Part shown: positions 49,342-56,675 of the stretch, one piece after another
How the letters are laid out: the number at the start of each line of letters is the position of its first letter
Numbering within the stretch: the stretch's first letter is position 1
NCBI GenBank assembly: GCA_913775275.1
Contig: CAJYIP010000028.1
Coordinates: 1-56,675 of the forward strand
DNA length: 56,675 nucleotides
Direction of reading: 5' to 3'
Source of the DNA: Patescibacteria group bacterium
Lineage (GTDB): Bacteria > Patescibacteriota > Saccharimonadia > Saccharimonadales > Saccharimonadaceae
Notes under the pieces: model-generated
Told to the model about the DNA's origin: nothing
The model's input: only the letters and a program-made list of their open reading frames with translations
Databases searched by the model: none
Translations under genes and position numbers: made by a program

Positions 49342-51864
49342 ATGAATACGATCGATCGCCTCATTACTTTATTTACACCAGAGCATTACGAATTGTCATT
49401 AACTCTCAATCGAATCGAACGCCGCTTTCACGGCATGGTAACAATTAATGGATCGCTTGCCTCAGGAGCAGCAGCTATAAAGCTCCATGCGAAAGACCTA
49501 GACATTACATCAGCTGTTATTGATGGCAAACATGCTTCATGGAGCATACAAGACGACGAACTGTACCTCACTCTTGATACGCTCATTGAAGGTGAACATA
49601 CTGTGACAATCACGTTCGAAGGCATCATTACCGATCCGATGCACGGCCTCTACCCTTGTTACTATAGTCACGATGGGGTTAATAAAGAACTACTTGCTAC
49701 TCAGTTTGAAAGTCATCATGCGCGTGAGGTATTTCCTTGTATTGACGAACCAGAGGCCAAGGCAACGTTTGATGTCACCCTTACTACCGAAGAAGGTGTG
49801 ACTGCTCTGAGCAATATGCCTATAAAGCAGCAAGATCACCATGAAGGTCGTCTCGTCACAAGCTTTGATCGGACCCCTCGGATGAGTACGTATCTGCTTG
49901 CCTGGGTTGTTGGTGAACTTCATAAAAAAACAGCCCACACCACATCAGGAACGGAAGTCTCCGTCTGGGCAACACCAGCTCAACCGGCTGAGAGTCTAGA
50001 TTTTGCGCTTGATATCGCTTGCCGGACAATCGACTTCTTTAACGATTACTTTGATACGCCGTATCCGCTACCAAAGTCAGATCATGTTGCCTTGCCAGAT
50101 TTTTCGTCAGGAGCGATGGAAAACTGGGGTCTAATTACCTACCGAGAAATTGCACTGCTTGCCGATCCCACAACAACAAGTATCTCTAGCAAGCAATATG
50201 TCGCAACCGTGGTAGCGCACGAGTTAGCCCACCAGTGGTTTGGCAACCTCGTGACGATGCGATGGTGGAATAACTTGTGGCTCAATGAGAGTTTTGCAAA
50301 TATGATGGAGTACGTCGCAATCAATGCACTTCATCCCGAATGGAACGTCTGGCTTGAACAAGCGAGTAACGAGAACGTTATTGCGCTGCGACGAGATGCA
50401 ATCGATGGCGTTCAATCTGTGCAAACCGATGTTAGTCATCCTGATGAAATCAGTACACTCTTTGACGGCGCAATCGTATACGCCAAAGGTGGCCGGCTCC
50501 TCCGTATGCTGCAGCAATACGTAGGTGAAGATGCTTTTAGAAAAGGTCTATCTCACTATTTCAAACAGTTTGCATATGATAATACCGAAGGTGATGATTT
50601 GTGGCGTGCGATTGCCGATGCGAGTGGAAAAGATATTGTCCGACTCATGAACACATGGATTTCACAACCAGGCTATCCAGTTGTCCATATCGAGCAACAC
50701 GACCAAACAGTTACGTTACAGCAAAACCAATTCTTTGTAGGCGCCCATGAACCTTCGGAAAAAACCTGGCCAATACCACTTTTTTCGACTTGCTCCGAAA
50801 TGCCTGAATTACTCGATGAAAAAAAAGTCTTAGTTGAACGACATCATGACAGCCTTCTGCTATTCAACAATGAGGCCCTCGCCCACTATCTACCCCACTA
50901 TGATGAAGTACTACGCGGCAACATATTACGATCGATTACCGAAGGTACACTATCAGAAATCAATCGTCTCTCGTTCCTAAACGACGCTATTCTCCTTGCC
51001 AGAGGTGGTATTTTAGAGAGCGTCGATCTTCTTCCTATCCTTGATGCTTACAAAAACGAAACAAGTGAACCGGTGTGGGGCTTAATGGCGATGACCCTCT
51101 CGGAAATGAGGAAGTTCGTAGAAAACGATGCCGACGCCGAATTAGCATTGAAAAAGCTATCATACAATCTTGCAAAAAAACAGTACGAACGACTTGGGTG
51201 GGAGCATAGTGATGGCGAATCAGATGAAGACAGTAAACTTCGAGCACTTGTTATTAGCCTCGTGCTCTACTCTGACAATGACGAAGCAATCAAAAAAGCA
51301 AAGCATCTTTACGACACACATACTATAGAAAATCTTGACCCAGAACTTCGAAGTGTCATCCTCTCGAGCGTCATTCGCCACGATCAAAGTGGCGGTGAAA
51401 CAGATGTACTCTACGAACAATACGTGAAAACAACCCACGCAGATATATCCCAAGATCTCTGCGCAGCCTTAACTTCGTCGCGATCCTTAGACAAGATAAA
51501 AGAAATGCTTGAAAAGACAAAAGATTCTCGCCTTGTTCGCCCGCAAGATGTTGGGTACTGGTTTGTGTATTTCATCCGTAGCCGTCATGCGCGTGATGAA
51601 ACGTGGTTATGGTTACAGCGAAACTGGGATTGGGTGGAAGAAACTTTTGCCGGTGACAAAAGTTACGATACATTTCCACGCTATGCTGCCTCGGGCCTCG
51701 TCACACCGCAGCAACGAGATGAGTATAAAACCTTCTTTATGCCGAAGCGTTCAATTACTGCCCTAACAAGGGTCATCGACCTAGGAGTTAGCGAGATTGA
51801 TGCCAGAGTAACATTGATTGCGAAGGATGGGCCAGCTGTCGCGAATTACCTCAAGCATCAGTAA
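49342..51864 (+). CDS. pepN: M1 family aminopeptidase N
   Basis: ATQFE, GAMENWG, HELAH-x18-E (WLNE); start MNTID at 49342. Confidence 0.95.
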   Translation: MNTIDRLITLFTPEHYELSLTLNRIERRFHGMVTINGSLASGAAAIKLHAKDLDITSAVIDGKHASWSIQDDELYLTLDTLIEGEHTVTITFEGIITDPMHGLYPCYYSHDGVNKELLATQFESHHAREVFPCIDEPEAKATFDVTLTTEEGVTALSNMPIKQQDHHEGRLVTSFDRTPRMSTYLLAWVVGELHKKTAHTTSGTEVSVWATPAQPAESLDFALDIACRTIDFFNDYFDTPYPLPKSDHVALPDFSSGAMENWGLITYREIALLADPTTTSISSKQYVATVVAHELAHQWFGNLVTMRWWNNLWLNESFANMMEYVAINALHPEWNVWLEQASNENVIALRRDAIDGVQSVQTDVSHPDEISTLFDGAIVYAKGGRLLRMLQQYVGEDAFRKGLSHYFKQFAYDNTEGDDLWRAIADASGKDIVRLMNTWISQPGYPVVHIEQHDQTVTLQQNQFFVGAHEPSEKTWPIPLFSTCSEMPELLDEKKVLVERHHDSLLLFNNEALAHYLPHYDEVLRGNILRSITEGTLSEINRLSFLNDAILLARGGILESVDLLPILDAYKNETSEPVWGLMAMTLSEMRKFVENDADAELALKKLSYNLAKKQYERLGWEHSDGESDEDSKLRALVISLVLYSDNDEAIKKAKHLYDTHTIENLDPELRSVILSSVIRHDQSGGETDVLYEQYVKTTHADISQDLCAALTSSRSLDKIKEMLEKTKDSRLVRPQDVGYWFVYFIRSRHARDETWLWLQRNWDWVEETFAGDKSYDTFPRYAASGLVTPQQRDEYKTFFMPKRSITALTRVIDLGVSEIDARVTLIAKDGPAVANYLKHQ

Positions 51865-52781
51865 TCTATTGATTGCCAGATAATATCGGTCGTGCCATCA
51901 ACCCCTGCCCACGCGAGACGTGGTTCAGCTTGGATATTTTGAGCTGCAATGTAGCAAGAAGCAGCAAAAATCATTTGCCTGATTTTTGTATCTGTTAATG
52001 CATCCATCGGACTACCATATTGCCTATTTTTTCTATACTTTACTTCTGTAAAATAATAGACGCTATCTTTGGTAGAAATGATATCAATTTCGCAGCGTCT
52101 TGTTTTCCAATTACGCTCAACAATCACGTGTCCATTCGCCTCTAAGTACCGTGCCGTCACGTCTTCGGCGATAGCGCCACTATTTTTCACCGTTGAGACC
52201 GCGCTTATCACCGAGTCTTTATAGGCCGCAAGTGGTGCAAAGCTAAGTCGATGTAATGGCGTGACGCCAAGCTGCTCAATAGCACTTCGATGGGCAGCGG
52301 TTCCATATCCAGCATGAGATGCGAAGTTATAGCCAGGGAACGTTTGATCTTGATGAGACATGAAAGTATCCCGGGCGACTTTCGCAATAACTGATGCAGC
52401 CGAAACGGCCGGTATGAGCAGATCGGCTTTTGGAAGTGTCGTGACGAACTCTCCTTTGCGTGTGCCATGTAAAAAGTTTATCGTCCCATCGATAATAATT
52501 TCGTGATATGGTATCGTTATCTGCTCAATGGCACGGCGTGTTGCTAGTCTTAGCGATTCAGAAAGTCCGATTTCGTCCAATTCATCAGCGTGGACCCATC
52601 CCAATCCGTAGCCTAGTGCAGTTTCTCGTATAAGTGGATCGAGTGCTTCACGGCGCTTCTTTGTCAATTTCTTGCTGTCTGTCAAACCGTCAATCGTGCA
52701 GTTGTCGGGAAGAATGACAGCGGCAACAACCAACGGTCCCGCCCATGGCCCACGGCCAACTTCATCAATTCCGACTATCAT
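51858..52781 (-). CDS. rnhB: Ribonuclease HII fused to a C-terminal YraN (UPF0102) domain
   Basis: GIDEVGRG, DSKK, AASVIAKV; then AEDVTARYL...ERNWK...EIDII...FTEVKYR. Confidence 0.93.
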   Translation of the reverse strand: MIVGIDEVGRGPWAGPLVVAAVILPDNCTIDGLTDSKKLTKKRREALDPLIRETALGYGLGWVHADELDEIGLSESLRLATRRAIEQITIPYHEIIIDGTINFLHGTRKGEFVTTLPKADLLIPAVSAASVIAKVARDTFMSHQDQTFPGYNFASHAGYGTAAHRSAIEQLGVTPLHRLSFAPLAAYKDSVISAVSTVKNSGAIAEDVTARYLEANGHVIVERNWKTRRCEIDIISTKDSVYYFTEVKYRKNRQYGSPMDALTDTKIRQMIFAASCYIAAQNIQAEPRLAWAGVDGTTDIIWQSIDY

Positions 52782-52816
52782 ATCGTTCTTAGTATACCTG
52801 TACAAAATTAATTATA

Positions 52817-52853
52817 AATAAAAAGCCCTTGGCGTTACCAAGGGCTTTTTATT
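52817..52853 (-). terminator. Intrinsic terminator after rplS
   Basis: AATAAAAAGCCCTTGG-CGTTA-CCAAGGGCTTTTTATT. Confidence 0.85.
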
Positions 52854-52863
52854 GAAAACTCAT

Positions 52864-53385
52864 TTACTTCTCAGCGTGTCGCGCTTCAACCTCAGCCTGC
52901 TTTGCAGCAAGTTCAGCGTCTTCAGCGGCCTTGTCGGCAGCTTTTGCGTCTGCAGCAGCTTTCGCTTCTTCTTTCAAGCGAGCAGCTTCCTCTTCGGCGT
53001 GCAGATCCCGAATATCGTTAACGGCCTCACGGTCAAAGTTAACTGCTTTAAGGCGAGCACTCTTACCACTTCGATTACGAAGGAATGAAAGGTAGTTGCG
53101 GCGAACTTTTGAACGACGAACAATTTCTACCTTTTCGACGAGTGGGCTGTGGAGCAAGAAGCTCTTTTCGACACCAACACCACTGGCAATCTTACGTACT
53201 GTGATACGTGCAGTGTGCGACGACGAACGGTCGACACGAATAACAACACCTTCAAAGATCTGAATACGCTCTTTGTTACCTTCTTTAATTTTTTGGTGCA
53301 CACGGACAGTGTCACCGCTTTTGGCGTCGACGACAGCTGGCTTGAGCTGCTCGGCGTTTACTTTCTGAATAAGTGCAAAACTCAT
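52864..53385 (-). CDS. rplS: 50S ribosomal protein L19 with Ala/Glu/Lys-rich C-terminal extension
   Basis: GDTVRVH, KEGNKERIQIFEG, TVRKIASGVGVE, KVRR. Confidence 0.96.
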   Translation of the reverse strand: MSFALIQKVNAEQLKPAVVDAKSGDTVRVHQKIKEGNKERIQIFEGVVIRVDRSSSHTARITVRKIASGVGVEKSFLLHSPLVEKVEIVRRSKVRRNYLSFLRNRSGKSARLKAVNFDREAVNDIRDLHAEEEAARLKEEAKAAADAKAADKAAEDAELAAKQAEVEARHAEK

Positions 53386-53536
53386 AGGATTTAATCTCGT
53401 TTGTACCAGTTCTGCGATGAGGTTAGCCACATAGTTGTATTGCTACGGCTCCAACCTTACAGTATCCGGTGGTTTATATATACAATCAGTGGTTGATTAT
53501 ACCAGTTATACGTTAATTTGGAAAGTATCTTCTCTG

Positions 53537-55159
53537 TTAAATAACGCGATTGACTTCTTCTAGCGTCGTTTCTCCGCGCAAGGCCGCGAGAACACCGTGT
53601 TGCTGCAACGTCACCATACCCTGCTGACGAGCGGTCTTTTCAATTGATTCAGCGTGCACGTCCTGAATATCACCACGTAGGTATTTCTGAATTTCATCAT
53701 TTACGACCATTTGTTCCATGATGACAATGCGACCAGAGTAGCCGAACGGAGATGTCTCGCTGCTCACCGGACGCCATAACTGGCATGAGTCAATATCGGG
53801 TGTATCAACGTGACTTGGAAGATCAGCCAGAATATCGCGCATCCATTGCTTCGTTGATTCATCAGGAGTATAGGCTTCCTTCGAAGCATCATCAAGGCGG
53901 CGGACTAAGCGCTGCGCAATCACCAGTCTTATAGCCGAGCTAAAGATCGGGTTGACACCGATTAGATCGATCATACGACTGAAGGCAGCTGATGTCGAAT
54001 TAGCATGGAACGTTGACAGGACAAGGTGTCCGGTGATGGATGCCTGGATAGCCGTTCGTGCAGTATCACTATCTCGGATCTCTCCAACCATGACAACATC
54101 TGGGTCGAGGCGAAGAACGGACCGTAGGTGATCAGCAAAACTCTGTCCACCAGTCGTATCGACCGGTATCTGTGAAATGCCACTGACACTATATTCAACC
54201 GGATCTTCCAGCGTAATAAGTTTTCGGTCAGGCGTATTAAGCGCACTGAGCATACTGTATAGCGTCGTTGACTTACCGCTTCCGGTCGGACCGACCATCA
54301 GTACCATACCGCGAGGATGACTAATTACTTCGTCTATTTGATGTCGCTCGGTTTCTTCGATACCAAGTCGGTCAAGATTGAGCATTGATTCGTCATAGTT
54401 AAACAATCGTATGACAGCATCCTGACCATACAGTGTTGGTACCATTTCGATACGCATGTTCAACGTGTGGGAACCTTCCGAATCAGCAATTTCTTTTTGC
54501 AAATGACCGGACTGCGGCTCATTCGCAGCGGTTGATAGATTAGCACGAGAAGCAAGCGCCCCGAGGATAACGCGATATCGATCTGAAGCTAGTTCGGCAA
54601 CAGCATGAAGTGCACCATCGACACGCAATCGAATACGTATACCGTTTCGTTGATTTTCAATATGAATATCACTCGCGCCTAGCTTGTCGGCCTGCTCAAT
54701 TAGGTAATCGAATACTTTATCACTCGAGACGGAGTTGAGCGTTTCACTGACTTTTTCCAACGTGACACTGTCGCCGGCTTTAGCAATTTCGATATCATCA
54801 TAGTGAACAACGACCGGCGGATCGTATCGATTCATCAGTATATTGTAGCCACTAGTGCTAATTAGAGAGAAAGCGACATTTTGGGCACGAGCCGCGTATT
54901 CGCTGCTCAACTCCTTCAAAAATGACTGCGGCGTTTGTGTCGTGACACCAAATTGCCATGTTTGTGAATCACCTCCGATGCGAAGAGGGACGATTCGCCT
55001 TCCATGCATCGTCTCGACGGAAACAACATCTTCGACAAGGTCAATCGTTTCATCAATCCCACGAGTATCAAGATATGGGAGTCCAAGGATAGCTGCGCGT
55101 TGCCTCGTTGACGCTTCGTCTTGTTCGCGAAATCGCGCTTGTACATTATCCTCGTTCAT
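53537..55159 (-). CDS. PilB/GspE-family type IV pilus assembly ATPase
   Basis: ASDIHIE, GPTGSGKSTTLY, EDPVE, LRLDPDVVMVGEIRD, TGHLVLSTFH. Confidence 0.93.
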   Translation of the reverse strand: MNEDNVQARFREQDEASTRQRAAILGLPYLDTRGIDETIDLVEDVVSVETMHGRRIVPLRIGGDSQTWQFGVTTQTPQSFLKELSSEYAARAQNVAFSLISTSGYNILMNRYDPPVVVHYDDIEIAKAGDSVTLEKVSETLNSVSSDKVFDYLIEQADKLGASDIHIENQRNGIRIRLRVDGALHAVAELASDRYRVILGALASRANLSTAANEPQSGHLQKEIADSEGSHTLNMRIEMVPTLYGQDAVIRLFNYDESMLNLDRLGIEETERHQIDEVISHPRGMVLMVGPTGSGKSTTLYSMLSALNTPDRKLITLEDPVEYSVSGISQIPVDTTGGQSFADHLRSVLRLDPDVVMVGEIRDSDTARTAIQASITGHLVLSTFHANSTSAAFSRMIDLIGVNPIFSSAIRLVIAQRLVRRLDDASKEAYTPDESTKQWMRDILADLPSHVDTPDIDSCQLWRPVSSETSPFGYSGRIVIMEQMVVNDEIQKYLRGDIQDVHAESIEKTARQQGMVTLQQHGVLAALRGETTLEEVNRVI

Positions 55160-55212
55160 TGCTTTCATCGTATCAGAAAACACAAGCATTTTATAGTGGT
55201 ATAATGCCAATG

Positions 55213-55701
55213 ATGCCTGAAATTATCGTTATCGCCCATAACATTCGATCGACCCATAATGTCGGTGCTCTCTTCCGTACGGCCGAGGGGTTTGGTGTGA
55301 GGAAGGTTCTCCTTAGCGGCTATACACCCTATCCAAGACAGGATAACGATACGCGCCTCCCACATATTTATGAAAAGATAACAAATCAGATACACAAGAC
55401 CGCTCTCGGTGCTGAAACGATGGTGCCGTTCGAATATACCGAAACGCTCGATCTTGAGACCTTAAAAAAAGACGGCTATCGGATTGTGGCACTTGAACAA
55501 GATGATCAATCGATACCAATAAAGACGTATAGCTTCGATGGCAAACTTGCGCTGCTACTTGGCGAAGAGGTAGAGGGCATTAGCCAAGACCTCATCAACC
55601 AATGTGATGACATCATTGAAATTCCAATGGTTGGTCGTAAGGAATCCTTCAACGTCAGTGTTGCGGCCGGTATCGCCCTATATTCGTTGAGCGATTTATA
55701 G
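55213..55701 (+). CDS. TrmH/SpoU-family RNA methyltransferase
   Basis: HNVGALFRTA, LGEEVEGI, IPMVGRKESFNVSVA. Confidence 0.9.
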   Translation: MPEIIVIAHNIRSTHNVGALFRTAEGFGVRKVLLSGYTPYPRQDNDTRLPHIYEKITNQIHKTALGAETMVPFEYTETLDLETLKKDGYRIVALEQDDQSIPIKTYSFDGKLALLLGEEVEGISQDLINQCDDIIEIPMVGRKESFNVSVAAGIALYSLSDL

Positions 55702-55707
55702 GCAACA

Positions 55708-56675
55708 CTATTTCAAAACGACTGCGTCTTCACCAACAATCTTGACAAGCTTCCCTATCAATACATCGTCTGAATCTACCCGAAACGGCATCTTGATTGC
55801 TGATTTTTTATCATGACCAAGAACAAGAATGATGTCACTCGCACCTGGATGGTTACTACAGGCTTGCTTGAGGGCCACAAGGAGTGTTTGATCATCTGGG
55901 TTTTTCACATGAACATAGACTTTCTTGATCGGCACTGCTTCTGCGACCGTATATGTAACGGAGGCTTCCTTCTTTTGAGAAACCGGTTCAGCAACGGTTT
56001 TCTTTTTATGTGCAGGCAAACGACGACCGGCCTTTGGAGCGGCCATTTTTTGGCCGTGTGATTCATAGCTACGGAGCTCTTCGTCGTCAATAATTTGGAT
56101 TTCATCTGATATCATTTTGACATCTGAAGTAACATTGCCCTCTTTGTCTCGAGCACTCACCTTCCCAGAGACGCGAATGACTGCATCCTGCACCAGGTGT
56201 ACACCAGTTTGTTCAAATAGATTTGGGAATACAATGACTTCTGCTTCAGACGATTTGTCTTCGAGCTTCACGAATGCCATTTTTGTACCACTTTTCGTAA
56301 TAATTGTCCGGACTGCCGTGATAATCCCACCAATCGTCAGTTTCTTTCCGTCTAGTCCAGCGGTCATTTCGGCAATAGGAATCGTCTGCTCACTAAAGTA
56401 GGTTTCATAGTTATCGAGTGGATGAGCGCTAATATAGAGCCCGAGCAACTCTCGTTCCCACGTCAATCGCTCCTTATCAGTATGTTTCACCGGAGCCTCC
56501 TGTAGCTGAACGGTCGGCTGAGCAATGGCTGCATCCATCATGCCGCCAAACAAATCAGTTTGCCCGCTCAGAGCCTCCTTTTGCAACTTTGACGCAAAGG
56601 CCTGAAGCATCTCAAGATTGAACAAGAGGTCCGATCGATCCGCCATTGCGTCAAACGCGCCTGTCTTGATCAATG
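55708..56675 (-). CDS. dnaE: DNA polymerase III alpha subunit, C-terminal part (runs off window end)
   Basis: GAFD, ERELLGLYISAHPL, OB fold TKSGTKMAFVKLED. Confidence 0.95.
   Translation of the reverse strand, partial: LIKTGAFDAMADRSDLLFNLEMLQAFASKLQKEALSGQTDLFGGMMDAAIAQPTVQLQEAPVKHTDKERLTWERELLGLYISAHPLDNYETYFSEQTIPIAEMTAGLDGKKLTIGGIITAVRTIITKSGTKMAFVKLEDKSSEAEVIVFPNLFEQTGVHLVQDAVIRVSGKVSARDKEGNVTSDVKMISDEIQIIDDEELRSYESHGQKMAAPKAGRRLPAHKKKTVAEPVSQKKEASVTYTVAEAVPIKKVYVHVKNPDDQTLLVALKQACSNHPGASDIILVLGHDKKSAIKMPFRVDSDDVLIGKLVKIVGEDAVVLK

Overview
A 56.7 kb, mostly minus-strand stretch of a reduced bacterial chromosome, most likely Candidatus Saccharibacteria (TM7/CPR). That assignment is inferred from gene content and protein style, not from a database search. 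The housekeeping backbone is fusA, rpsG, rpsL, rpoC, rpoB, clpP, tig, hisS, two tRNA-Leu, rsmD, recG, tyrS, a class A PBP, yacL-radA-clpC, nusA, pepN, rnhB-yraN, rplS, a PilB-like ATPase and dnaE. Several accessory inserts interrupt it: (1) four orphan genes splitting rpsG from fusA, three apparently divergent paralogs; (2) a pilin plus a GC-richer cassette of an LAxTG mini-protein and a hyaluronan-synthase/NodC-like GT2; (3) a GANTC-type restriction-modification pair behind a ~130-nt structured leader with mutually exclusive terminator/anti-terminator pairings; (4) a ~3.6 kb integrase-less island in tRNA-Leu(TAG) with an OLD-family nuclease and actinobacteria-like remnants; (5) a tail-fibre-like SGNH protein, an amidoligase-like orphan and a second pilin. 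Other notable signals: both tRNA-Leu genes are preceded by a degenerate copy of their own 5' half, perfect CIRCE operators sit on the clpP and clpC promoters, RpoC and PilB have lost their zinc-binding cysteines, and many genes look leaderless.
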